A stretch of 64,000 bases of DNA from assembly GCA_950097015.1 (NCBI GenBank), contig CATNEN010000039.1:16678001-16742000 (forward strand), read 5' to 3'. The notes below the pieces were generated by a model, which was not told the DNA's origin, ran no database searches, and worked only from the letters and a program-made list of their open reading frames with translations. How positions within the stretch are numbered: position 1 is the stretch's first letter; every line of letters starts with the position of its first letter. Shown one piece after another: positions 51,489-64,000 of this stretch. Source of the stretch: Macrostomum hystrix (lineage: Eukaryota > Animalia > Platyhelminthes). A program made the translations under genes and the position numbers.

Positions 51489-51896
51489 TTAATAACCAAC
51501 ATCGGCTAGGGCCTGCTTGACCTTAGACACGGCGAAGTTGACCTTCTGGCTGCCGCCAGTCATGCCCGCAGCTGTGCTAGTGTTGTCGTCGATGAAGGCG
51601 CCAACAACAACGCACTGGCTTGATTTCATAGCGCTTAAACTGTTATTTCCGCTGCGAGCATCACACTCGCCGTCCTGCAGCCGGATGGTCATGAATCGCT
51701 GACCTTGGAAATTGAAGCCCGTGAATTCCCCGGCGTTGGCCTTGCCGAGGCCTTTCACCAGCTCGGAGATCTCATCAGCTGATGGATTGCAGGAGGCGGA
51801 CTTGGCCCACACGGAGCCGTCCAAGCCGAAGATTGCTCCAACATTGACTCCGGGATAAGCGATCATGTTGTCAACCCAGGATTGCCAGCCGGCCAT
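51489..51896 (-). CDS. pfn: Profilin (intronless CDS, 135 aa)
   Basis: MAGWQSWVDNM..GAIFGLDGSVWAKS..GFNFQGQRFMTIR..MKSSQCVVVGAF..LADVGY. True ATG is at 51896; the track start is TTG. Confidence 0.92.
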   Translation of the reverse strand: MAGWQSWVDNMIAYPGVNVGAIFGLDGSVWAKSASCNPSADEISELVKGLGKANAGEFTGFNFQGQRFMTIRLQDGECDARSGNNSLSAMKSSQCVVVGAFIDDNTSTAAGMTGGSQKVNFAVSKVKQALADVGY

Positions 51897-52439
51897 TGTG
51901 CTCAAAATTAGATATTGTAGTTTTCAATAATAAGCAAAACTTAATTATTAACAAACTGTCAAGTAGACTTCTTTGGCTGTAAAAGAAATCGCGGGTTTGG
52001 TTTATAAAGAAAAAAGGCAGTCCTCATTTATACAGCTAAAGAGCTATATAACAACTGTCAGATAAGACCCAGTTGGGTTGGTTGGCCAAAGCACAGAGTC
52101 AAATTCTGACCTTAAATGTGTAATGTAAAATCACACTCAACTAGAACCCATTGCAGCAGCGAGGTTTTACTGCTCTCTCTGCTCTCTTAGTATGTCTCCC
52201 TTCTTTCCCTGCCTGTCTGTCTGCTGGGCGCAAGAAATTCTATCTAGAAAGACTTATTTCTGCGTATCTATAGGAAAGACCAAACCAAAAACGAAACCAA
52301 AACAGGGCGGTTTATTCTATACTCTAAAATTACACGGTTACTGAGGGCCTACTGACACACGAGACTTCGGGGATTGGAGAACCTACGGCTGGTGGCATTC
52401 TAACATCAAATCTCCTATGGCATCCATTTATGCACTATC

Positions 52440-54690
52440 TTCACTGTCTCATCTCTGCCCGGACTCAACTCTCCACTGTCTTATCTCTGCCCGGACTCAA
52501 CTCTTCACTGTCTCATCGCTCCCCGGACTCAACTCTTCACTGTCTCATCTCTCCCCGGACTCAACTCTTCACTGTCTCATCTATCCCCGGACTCAACTCT
52601 TCACTGTCTCATCTCTCCCCGGACTCAACTCTTCACTGTCTCATCGCTCCCCGGACTCAACTCTTCACTGTCTCATCTCTCCCCGGACTCAACTCTTCAC
52701 TGTCTCATCTCTCCCCGGACTCAACTCTTCACTGTCTCATCTCTCCCCGGACTCAACTCTTCACTGTCTCATCTCTCCCCGGACTCAACTCTTCACTGTC
52801 TCATCTCTATACCCTGACTGACTCAACTCTCCATTGTCTCATCTCTACACTGACTGACGCAACTCTCCACTGTCTCATCTCTACACTGACTGACTCAACT
52901 CTCCATTGTCTCATCTCTACACTGACTCAACTCTCCACTGTCTCATCTCTACACTGACTGACTCAACTCTCCACTGTCTCATCTCTACACTGACTGACTC
53001 AACTCTCCACTGTCTCATCTCTCCCTGGACTCAACTATTCACTGTCTCATCTCTCCCCGGACTCAACTCTTCACTGTCTCATCTCTCCCCGGACTCAACT
53101 CTTCACTGTCTCATCTCTATACCCTGACTGACTCAACTCTCCATTGTCTCATCTCTACACTGACTGACGCAACTCTCCACTGTCTCATCTCTACACTGAC
53201 TGACTCAACTCTCCATTGTCTCATCTCTACACTGACTCAACTCTCCACTGTCTCATCTCTACACTGACTGACTCAACTCTCCACTGTCTCATCTCTACAC
53301 TGACTGACTCAACTCTCCACTGTCTCATCTCTACACTGACTCAACTCTTCACTGTCTCATCTCTACACTGACTGACTCAACTCCCCACTGTATCATCTCT
53401 CCCCGGACTCAACTCTTCACTGTCTCATCTCTACACTGACTGACTCAACTCCCCACTGTCTCATCTCTCCCTGGACTCAACTCTTCACTGTCTCATCTCT
53501 CCCCGGACTCAACTCTTCACTGTCTCATCTCTCCCCGGACTCAACTCTTCACTGTCTCATCTCTATACCCTGACTGACTCAACTCTCCATTGTCTCATCT
53601 CTACACTGACTGACTCAACTCTCCATTGTCTCATCTCTACACTGACTCAACTCTCCACTGTCTCATCTCTACACTGACTGACTCAACTCTCCACTGTCTC
53701 ATCTCTACGTCGACTCAACTCTCCACTGTCTCATCTCTACACTGACTGACTCAACTCTCCACTGTCTCATCTCTACACTGACTGACTCAACTCTCCACTG
53801 TCTCATCTCTCCCTGGACTCAACTCTTCACTGTCTCATCTCTCCCCGGACTCAACTCTTCACTGTCTCATCTCTCCCCGGACTCAACTCTTCACTGTCTC
53901 ATCTCTCCCCGGACTCAACTCTTCACTGTCTCATCTCTATACCCTGACTGACTCAACTCTCCATTGTCTCATCTCTACACTGACTGACGCAACTCTCCAC
54001 TGTCTCATCTCTACACTGACTGACTCAACTCTCCATTGTCTCATCTCTACGTCGACTCAACTCTCCACTGTCTCATCTCTACACTGACTGACTCAACTCT
54101 CCACTGTCTCATCTCTACACTGACTGACTCAACTCTCCATTGTCTCATCTCTACACTGACTGACTCAACTCTCCATTGTCTCATCTCTACACTGACTCAA
54201 CTCTCCACTGTCTCATCTCTACACTGACTGACTCAACTCTCCACTGTCTCATCTCTACACTGACTGACTCAACTCTCCACTGTCTCATCTCTACACTGAC
54301 TGACTCAACTCTCCACTGTCTCATCTCTACACTGACTGACTCAACTCTCCACTGTCTCATCTCTACACTGACTGACTCAACTCCCCACTGTCTCATCTCT
54401 ACACTGACTGACTCAACTCTCCACTGTCTCATCTCTACACTGACTGACTCAACTCTCCACTGTCTCATCTCTACACTGACTTAACTCTCCACTGTCTCAT
54501 CTCTACGTCGACTCAACTCTCCACTGTCTCATCTCTACACTGACTGACTCAACTCTCCACTGTCTCATCTCTACGTCGACTCAACTCTCCACTGTCTCAT
54601 CTCTACGTCGACTCAACTCTCCACTGTCTCATCTCTACGTCGACTCAACTCTCTACTGTCTCGTCTCTGCCCGGACTCACTCTCCACTGT
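52440..54690. repeat. 32/36-bp minisatellite with TGTCTCATCTCT core
   Basis: ACTGTCTCATCTCTCCCCGGACTCAACTCTTC grading into ACTGTCTCATCTCTACACTGACTGACTCAACTCTCC. Confidence 0.96.
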
Positions 54691-55079
54691 TTCGACTCTA
54701 AATAAACAAGCCAATAGTTTTAGTAGAGCAGTCATATATACATTATATATTTAAGCATTCATTTAAAACAAACTCAAATTGGCTAATGGAGTTTTAATCA
54801 GTTGCTACAAACAGCACGAACAGACTCTTCTATTTTAGGAGGGGATTTAAAAAGAACTGAACTTAAAATTATTATGCAACTTTAACAACAACAAAGAATA
54901 CATTGCTGTGCAATAGCAGTAATAACTTATGTGTACAAAGCGTGCTTTAAAACTCACAAGAAGCAGCAACGATGACGTGCCTTACCCACTAGTAACAAGT
55001 ATTCAATATTATTCAAGACTTTTGTCGATTACGAGAACAAGCAGCGTAGCCTGGATTTGCGGAAAAACCTATAAATTGT

Positions 55080-56526
55080 GATTTCCCTATCTACATTCTA
55101 CCAGCTTCCATTTCCTTATCTTCCAGCTTCCATTCCCTTATCTTCCAGCTTTCATTGCCTTATCTACCAGCTTCCATTTCCCTATCTACCAGCTTCCATT
55201 GCCTTATCTACCAGCTTTCATTGCCTTATCTTCCAGCTTCCATTTCCTTATCTACCAGCTTCCATTTCCCTATCTACCAGCTTCCATTGCCTTATCTACC
55301 AGCTTTCATTGCCTTATCTTCCAGCTTCCATTTCCTTATCTTCCAGCTTCCATTGCCTTATCTACCAGCTTCCATTGCCTTATCTACCAGCTTCCATTTC
55401 CTTATCTTCCAGCTTCCATTGCCTTATCTTCCAGCTTTCATTGCCTTATCTACCAGCTTTCATTTCCTTATCTTCCAGCTTTCATTGCCTTATCTACCAG
55501 CTTCCATTTCCTTATCTTCCAGCTTCCATTTCCTTATCTTCCAGCTTCCATTTCCTTATCTTCCAGCTTCCAATTCCTTATCTTCCAGCTTCCATTGCCT
55601 TATCTACCAGCTTCCATTTCCTTATCTACCAGCTTCCATTGCCTTACCTTCCAGCTTCCAATTCCTTATCTTCCAGCTTCCAATTCCTTATCTTCCAGCT
55701 TCCATTGCCTTATCTACCAGCTTCCATTTCCTTATCTTCCAGCTTCCATTGCCTTATCTACCAGCTTCCATTTCCTTATCTTCCAGCTTCCATTTCCTTA
55801 TCTTCCAGCTTCCATTTCCTTATCTTCCAGCTTCCAATTCCTTATCTTCCAGCTTCCATTGCCTTATCTACCAGCTTCCATTTCCTTATCTTCCAGCTTC
55901 CAATTCCTTATCTTCCAGCTTCCAATTCCTTATCTTCCAGCTTCCATTGCCTTATCTACCAGCTTTCATTGCCTTATATCTAACAGCTTCCATTTCCCTA
56001 TCTTCCAGCTTCCATTTCCTTATCAACCAAGCTACCATTTCCTTATCTACCAGCTTCCATTTCCCTATCTTCCAGCTTCCATTGCCTTATCTACCAGCTT
56101 TCATTGCCTTATATCTAACAGCTTCCATTTCCCTATCTTCCAGCTTCCATTTCCTTATCAACCAAGCTACCATTTCCTTATCTACCAGCTTCCATTTCCC
56201 TATCTTCCAGCTTCCATTGCCTTATCTACCAGCTTTCATTGCCTTATCTACCAGCTTTCATTGCCTTATCTTCCAGCTTCCATTTCCTTATCAACCAAGC
56301 TACCATTTCCTTATCTACCAGCTTCCATTTCCCTATCTTCCAGCTTCCATTGCCTTATCTTCCAGCTTCCATTTCCTTATCAACCAAGCTACCATTTATC
56401 TTCCAGCTTCCATTTCCTTATCAACCAAGCTACCATTTCCTTATCTACCAGCATCCATTTCCCTATCTTCCAGCTTCCATTTCCTTATCAACCAAGCTAC
56501 CATTTCTTTATCTTCCAGCTTCCAGC
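55080..56526. repeat. 22-bp minisatellite
   Basis: Unit CCAGCTTCCATTTCCTTATCTT. Confidence 0.95.
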
Positions 56527-57129
56527 TATTAATAGCCTTACTAGCCCCGTTTATTAAGGTGTTAAAAAAGGGTAGTATTCGAAAAAAAACTGACAGTCAA
56601 GAGACAACCGTTAAAAAAAAAATAATTTTTCACAAATGTACACACGAAACGAAGCACAGTACTAAATCCTTTATCAATCTAAATTTTAACGTGTGTATCA
56701 ATGGCCAAATGCAGTGACTAACGAGAGACATCAAAGAGTGCAAAAGCAGTCAATTGTATTCCAGCTTTAGAATAAAAAACAGGATCGAATGAAATTTTCT
56801 GCTATTAAACTGACAACAAAAATCGGTATTCAAATTATTGCAACGCAAAGCGAAAGCAAAATAATAATAAACTAGCTTAATACTTGGTTTTAAACCGAAT
56901 GCTTGTGTAGACTTCTTATCTATTTTCAACTGGGCAATTTAAAGATATTGCTGATCGGAACTGTTTTTACACAGACTGACAAATACTGAAACCTTTGTGA
57001 AGACATTAACGAGTGCTATAAAATACAAAAAGCTGTGCTTACGAATACTACTTACAAGTAATAGTATACGGGCATATAGATAACGCTTCGAGATTCAACT
57101 AGAATAAATGATGCAATCTAAAAACTTAT

Positions 57130-59012
57130 TTAGTAGTGATTCAGTTGCAGATACTGCTTAACATTGACAACAGCCAAGTGAACCTTTTCACTCATTCCTT
57201 GCTGCTGACTTCTTTGATGACCCAGGCTGCCAGAGGACTGCTTGTGCTGCTGCTGCTGCTGGGTATCAGGAGTGGCTACGCAAGCACCCATCACCACACA
57301 ACTATTCGTAAGGGCGACTGTTGCTACGTCGTGGCTAAATTTTCCTGCAAAGAAAGAGTAAATAATTATATATACACTCGAAATAATCATTCTCTAAGAG
57401 TACACTCTAATTAGGATGGGTGAAGGATTCTAAAAGGTACGGATCAGGAAACAGGATTCTGTATCTAGGATGGGAAAGGATTCTGTATCTAGGATGGGTC
57501 AGGATCCTGCATCTAGGATGGGACAGGATTCTGTATCTATGATGGGTCAGGATCCTGCATCTAGGATGGGACAGGATTCTGTATCTATGATGGGTCAGGA
57601 TCCTGCATCTACGATGGGACAGGATTCTGTATTTATGATGGGACAGGATTCTGTATTTAGGATGGGTCAGGATCCTGCATCTAGGATGGGTCAGGATTCT
57701 GTATCTAGGATGGGTCAGGATTCTGTATTTAGGATGGGTCAGGATCCTGCATCTAGGATGGGTCAGGATTCTGTATCTAGGATGGGTCAGGATTCTGTAT
57801 CTAGGATGGGTCAGGATTCTGCATCTATGATGGGACAGGATTCTGTATTTAGGATGGGCCACGATTCTGTATCTATGATGGGTCAGGATCCTGCATCTAC
57901 GATGGGACAGGATTCTGTATTTATGATGGGACAGGATTCTGTATTTAGGATGGGTCAGGATCCTGCATCTAGGATGGGTCAGGATTCTGTATCTAGGATG
58001 GGTCAGGATTCTGTATTTAGGATGGGTCAGGATCCTGCATCTAGGATGGGTCAGGATTCTGTATCTAGGATGGGTCAGGATTCTGTATCTAGGATGGGTC
58101 AGGATTCTGCATCTATGATGGGACAGGATTCTGTATTTAGGATGGGCCACGATTCTGTATCTATGATGGGTCAGGATCCTGCATCTACGATGGGACAGGA
58201 TTCTGTATTTATGATGGGACAGGATTCTGTATTTAGGATGGGTCAGGATCCTGCATCTACGATGGGTCAGGATCCTGCATCTAGGATGGGTCAGGATTCT
58301 GTATCTAGGATGGGTCAGGATTCTGTATCTAGGATGGGTCAGGATTCTGTATCTAGGATGGGTCAGGATTCTGTATATAGGATGGGTCAGGATTCTGTAT
58401 CTAGGATGGGTCAGGATTCTGTATCTAGGATGGGTCAGGATTCTGTATCTAGGATGGGTCAGGATTCTGTATATAGGATGGGTCAGGATTCTGTATCTAG
58501 GATGGGTCAGGATTCTGTATCTAGGATGGGTCAGGATCCTGCATCTAGGATGGGTCAGGATTCTGTATCTAGGATGGGTCAGGATTCTGTATCTAGAATG
58601 GGACAGGATTCTGTATCAAGGAAGGGTCAGGACTCTATATAAGATGATGCCGGAGTCTATAATGGTTCAGAAAAACCAATCACGATCTATAGATAGCCGA
58701 TAAAGGTTGCAGGGAGAGTCTATCCAAAGATTGCATAGTAGTAAAAAGTTTAAAAGTCAAAATATAACTTTTCTGCTAACCATCGATGCAGCCGTCCAAC
58801 CTGCGCAGTGTCAAATATCGCCGGCCAGCCAGGGTGAAGGAAGCCGGCGAGGCGGCCTCGCCATCGCAGTAGCCAACAAGGGTCAGAATCTCTTGCTGCG
58901 AAGGCTCGAAGCCTGGCGAAGCTGACCAGATTAAGCCGTCGCGACCAGCTAAAGCTGCCCTATTGATGCAGTCTGTCTGCAGCAGGCTATGCACAATGCC
59001 ATCCCAAGACAT
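57130..59012 (-). CDS. pfn: Divergent profilin paralogue, 2 exons, 148 aa, Gln-rich insert
   Basis: Exon 59012-58781 (MSWDGIVHSLL..AALAGRDGLIWSASPGF..FTLAGRRYLTLR) joins in phase 1 to exon 57344-57130 (TNSCVVMGA..VKQYLQLNHY*). Confidence 0.88.
57452..58635. repeat. 24-bp minisatellite filling the intron of the second profilin
   Basis: Unit ATGGGTCAGGATTCTGTATCTAGG; internal 288-bp duplication. Confidence 0.96.
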
Positions 59013-59667
59013 CTGGCTTGGCCTAATAACTTTTAATTAGCTGGCGATAACAATGGTGGATAAGGCCTTGTACACACTTTGTATAAGAACTTGTTGATAG
59101 TAAGCATACCAGTTTATTGTTTTTTCAAAATAAGTTTTCACACCTAGCATATTGCATTGCAAGGTACCCGGAGATTCTAATAAACAACTTTAGGATGCTC
59201 ATATAGCATTAATCTTAAGTTGCTAGCTATCGAGTAGCATGAATAAGAAATCTACACCAACGATAAAGTTCCTCTCTGTTTTAAAATATTTAACTAGTTG
59301 TAGGTGCTTATTTTGTTTTTTTACACAAAAAAACTACCAAAATAAGCTTGTAGGTCTCTAAGCATTATCTTTATAAGTTTTAAATATAATAAGTAAAATT
59401 GCAGAATATTACAAATTGTACATACAGCTAATGCTTAGACATCAACTGTCAAATTTTACAGATTTTATTTTTTTCTTTCTTTATTTATATTTTATGAATC
59501 AACTTTTGTCATAGTAAACCTAATTTTGATAAGGTATTAATTTGTCTGGTTTTATAACTACAAACTTTACAAAGTTTATAATTAAAATTTGTCTGGCTAA
59601 CAAAATATTTTCTACTATCTTTAATAATATTAAAAGTAGCTATATTCTAATAATAGTATCAGATATA

Positions 59668-59985
59668 TAATACTAATAATAATAATTGATTACACCTGCC
59701 CCAATTGGATCAGATGTGCAGCCGACAGCACAGCCGCAGCTAATGTGTGGCGCATCTGAAGGCTACATATAGCTGTTCAGTCCATGGACTGGGCGGATGC
59801 CACACCCACCTTCAATTATCCCAGCTGATGCTGGTACCCATTTAACAGCTGGGTGAACTGAAGCAATGTAGAGTTAAGTGTCTTGCTAAAGGACAAATTG
59901 TTCATGGGAGTCGGGAATCGAACCCCCGACCTTCAAGTCATGAGTCTGACACCCTAACCACTAGGCTACAACCTCTTTTGTAGCC
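59668..59985 (-). mobile_element. SINE family 1, full length
   Basis: Reverse complement of the 28789 copy; TSD TATCAGATATA at 59657-59667 and 59986-59996. Confidence 0.85.
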
Positions 59986-62900
59986 TATCAGATATACAAA
60001 AGCTTAAAGTCAGCTTGCATGATCAAGGAATATTAAAAACAGAATGTGGCCACATTGCAAGGAAAGATAAGTTGATGTAGCCAGTGCTTTTTTAGTAAAA
60101 AATGTTAATGGGAACCTATATACACTCATTTACATTTTAACTTTGCAAAGACTACTTCTAAGTGCTACATCTCATATGTGTACATTTAAGTTTGACAATG
60201 AATGGATTGTCTACCTTAGGCAAGAAATAGACAGAGTTGCAGGTATTAAATATAATATGTAAATTTTTATCAATATCCCAATTGAAAAAAGTGGACAATT
60301 TATGTTTAACCACACATCACATTTTTTAATTTTCTAGTGTCACATCACAGTGAAGTCAATACAGGTGGTGTTCTGGTGTCATGTGGACATGGCACTGAAA
60401 TGACCTTTTGGGTGTGACACAAATTTGGTGTCACTGCATTTTTTAGCTAACATTTTTGACCATGTTGTGTGTCTGCAGGGAATCTTGGCAATTGACAAAT
60501 GACAAACAAATTGTATAGTTGCTATTAGATATATATCTAGTTAGTTATATTAGTTTTTTAATAAAAAAATATAGTTGTTGAATTGTTGAAAGGTAATTAG
60601 TAATTCAAAAACTTTTTTTCTACAAATACATGCTTTTTTAGCTATGACCATAAGTCATTATAACTCCAACTAGTTGTAAAATGTAAAAAATACCATATTT
60701 GCTAAAAAAAACACCATAGCACTGAAACACTGTTCTTCATAAGCTACAATGCCAACTTATTTTAAAGCACAAACATAAAAACACATGAAGTTTTCTAATT
60801 ATAATATAGCATTCTATCTTTAAACTTCAAGTCTTAAAGACTTCAACCGACTTAGTTTTTGCTCTCATTTGCGACTTAGTTTGTTTCATTGCTCTAAGTC
60901 GCACGGCTGGCTAAGATTTGGGAGGTTGTGCATGTATGATTATGTAAATATAGACATTAGTTAGGGCAATACTATAGATTCTTAAGCTGAGTTATTTTTT
61001 ACAATTTAAACTTATAATTAGAGCAAAGTTATTAAAAATATTTTTTGATTTTCTTCTAATTCAAAACTAGGCCTACAATGAATAATAGTGCAAAACCTAG
61101 ACTAGGAGAGGAACTTCATAAATGTGTTGAACTAAGAAAATGTGCTGTCACAGGTAGTTTTGTAGGTGCAACTCAAAGAGCCTATGTGCCAAGCCATGCC
61201 TATCTGGTGAAATTTAGCTTTCACATAAGCCTACATTCCCTCAATGCTAAATAGTGTTACTATTAGTGTGGACAGTTGGGTCTGCTGGGTCAAAAATATG
61301 TAGGTCCAATGATTAATGACAGGCCAACAGTCAAAAGGATATAAAAAATTAAAATAATTAAATCTACAAATCGAGGCTACAGTATTGCCAACATTGCCAA
61401 CATAGGAGTCCTAGGATACCCAATGCTTGGTTATGGTATGGCCATGTGGCTAATAAGCCAACTGGACTTCTTGATTACATATTTAATTGCTAACACATGC
61501 ATAATTTTAACTGTAGACTATTAGTTAGACTTAGACAGACTAATTATGTTTATTAGCAAAATAATTTTATCAAATTTAAGTGCAAATAAGAAATGTTTAA
61601 TCAAATAAAAATAAGGTAGGCCTAGTTGTTATTTTTCCAGTTAACCGGACAAATAGCCATTTGAATATTTGTCCAGTTAACCAGTTAACCACCCAAGGAC
61701 TTAATTTCTCCCCTTTCAACGAGCAGGAGCAACGATCCTCCCAAAGACCACTCTTGCCCTGCTGAGAGCCATCTTGAGTCTTGACCTCACAAAGACCAAA
61801 CTATACCCTTGAACTAAGTTAGTCCCTGAAACAACCGAATTTCTAGAAGAGGTTTTAATTTTTTTTAATTAGCTGATAAGCGAAAATAATTAGAGACACA
61901 CATTTCAAATCTGAATGACTGTCCTTTTGCAGCTTGTTAATTCTTTTATCTTACAAATGATAGAGGTTCTCGTGGTAGCGCTACAACCCCTTATAACTTA
62001 GTTATAAGTTAAAACTCGGTTAACCGGACAAATAACAACTGCCTAAAAATAATGCTTCTTTAAATCGATAAGCATATTATTTCTGCTTAGCTGTGCTCAA
62101 GGTGGCAATTTAAAATAAAAATTCTAAATATTCTTTTTTGATTATTACAGAGACATTATTAGAACTCTTATAGCATTCATCATGAGATAAGAAAAAGCAA
62201 AGCATAAGTTAAAATAGAAACATAAGAGCAAATTTTAACTTTGCTTTGACCAAAGCGACTGTCTTTTTAACCTGACTAAATAGTAGGGTCTTGTTCAGCA
62301 GGTCAGATTTTGTTCTGATGCCTTTAACTTTTAATATATTTATTATGAAATCGTACAAGTAATTAGCATTTTATTTGTTTCACTGTGTAACAGTGCCAAA
62401 TATGTAGTTTGACAAATCCGGTAGATTTAATTTAAAAATACACTTCCGCTTACAAACGTACACGCAAACGTATTCGTAAACGTGAGTTATCTGCCGTTCA
62501 GTAACAGCACCTCCTCAATGCTATTTGCGTATTGTCCAGTTCATAATTTGAAAAGCTTGGACTGCTTAAGCATATTAAAGTTAATATTGGTCAGTGATGT
62601 GTAAATTGTTGAGTCTTTGACATGAAAGTCATGATTTATTTTTATTTTAACAATGATGGAATACAAACCTAACTATACAGTACTTTTGTTACGAAGTACA
62701 ATAAATCAAGAAGACATCAACGGACTACAGTTCAATTACATAATAATATCTCATAGAAGCACAAATACGATGCGTACATGCGATGCAGACACTTGCAGTT
62801 TTTTTCTACAGTTCAGGCATTAGAGGTACGACCTACCCATAGCTTTGTGTCTTTAAGAGGGGGTACAACGGCTAAAACAGCAACGTCTCTGACAGGGGCA

Positions 62901-63288
62901 GAACATTTGAGTGTTTTAATTGTGCGCATACATGTACGTTTGATAATTGTCTGCAAAAAAAGCTTTTCGAATACCGAAAGTGTACATTGCACGGCATGCC
63001 AACTAAACAATTGGCTTCGCTCCACCCATTATAGAAGGCGCTGTTTCCACACAGCCACTGGCCACAGTACTAGCAGTGTGTACTACTAAAATAGGTTTTT
63101 GTTCTTTCATTTTGGCCTGGCAAGCGCTCCTGTCTGTCTGCATGCCATTCTATAAAAGGCCAATTTAAATGGAACGAAAATAAATAAAGTTGAAAACGAT
63201 AAAGTTATATAGTCGTATTTGATATTGACCACACTCGAGTGAGGAATTTTCGAGATCACACACACACACACACACACACAAATCAGGC

Positions 63289-63955
63289 ATGCAGAAATGG
63301 ACACTTACGAACCTCAACGACGTAGCCACAGTGAGTACTGAAGATCATCAGCCTTCTAATGAATGGAAGGAAGCCGTACAACTTCGACGTCAGCCGACAG
63401 TTTTTGTAGAGGCTATCGACGAAACTGGAGCCAATTATGTCGACCATGAGTTTACCAGGGACGGTTATTCATCATGGCCAAGAATTGGAAGCGAGACGCA
63501 GTACTTGTTCACGACTAGCAAAGAGACGGAGCTGTTTGAGACTCGGTCTCATTCGTTGATCGAGGCAAACTTGGCGCCTCCTCCGCCGCCGCCTCGATGG
63601 TCCCGGGGCAGCAGCGGCGGCAGCTCGGACGGGACCGGATCAAACGATGAAGACTCAACAGGCACCGACGCTGCATCGAACACGACAGAGGAAGGGGAAG
63701 AAGAAGATCCTGAGTTTCTGTTTGTGCCGCAGGGTGGCAGCAAGCAACCGCCGGAGTTGAAAAGTATTCAAGAAATTCTCCGCGATGGCGGCAGCAGCAC
63801 GATGTACTTCTCCTCCAAGTTGCCTAGCAACGGCAGATGCCTTTACCCGATTCTGGAGGAAAGCTCGGATGAGATATCTGATGAAGCCGAAACTGATGTC
63901 GATCAGGACGATGCTGATTCAGTCTTTCGGCTGACAGCTGCAGAGACAATAAAAT
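63289..63955 (+). CDS. First visible coding exon of an unidentified gene; disordered acidic/Pro-rich protein; continues beyond the window
   Basis: Stop-free frame from ATG 63289 (MQKWTLTNLNDVATVSTED..LAPPPPPPRW..EEGEEEDPEF..LYPILEESSDE) to donor T|GTAAG at 63955/63956. GC-rich, coding-like composition in an AT-rich context. AG acceptor 2 nt upstream of the ATG, so it may be an internal exon. Confidence 0.7.
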
Positions 63956-64000
63956 GTAAGTTCGTTCGTCCATACACAATGAAATTAGGTATCACTTTTA

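Noticed and set aside
63870-63910. Hammerhead-like CTGATGA..GAAAC..GTC
   Set aside because: No stem II or stem I pairing; lies in coding sequence (SDEAETDV).

Overview
Eukaryotic (metazoan) genomic DNA with GT-AG introns. About one third (~21 kb) is tandem repeat, and tRNA-derived SINEs are frequent. The style fits an invertebrate such as a free-living flatworm, but that is inference only. I assembled five minus-strand genes by hand from splice sites and reading phase. (1) A large, probably secreted lectin mosaic (F5/8-discoidin-like repeats, C-type lectin, F-type-lectin-like and FAMeT-like domains), starting near 14426 and running off the left edge. (2) An 11-exon latrophilin/Cirl-like adhesion GPCR (30604-16968). 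(3) A PIM kinase (46337-43970). (4,5) Two divergent tandem profilins. A plus-strand gene with a disordered acidic exon is visible from 63289 and is missing from the ORF track because it has no stop in the window. Most long ORFs in the track are tandem-repeat artefacts. No rRNA, true tRNA or CRISPR was found. No single new system is established. Best leads: the lectin-mosaic architecture, complementary intronic minisatellites bracketing a symmetric GAIN exon, a PIM kinase without the hinge proline, and an uncharacterised structured SINE carrying an HDV-ribozyme-like 14-mer.
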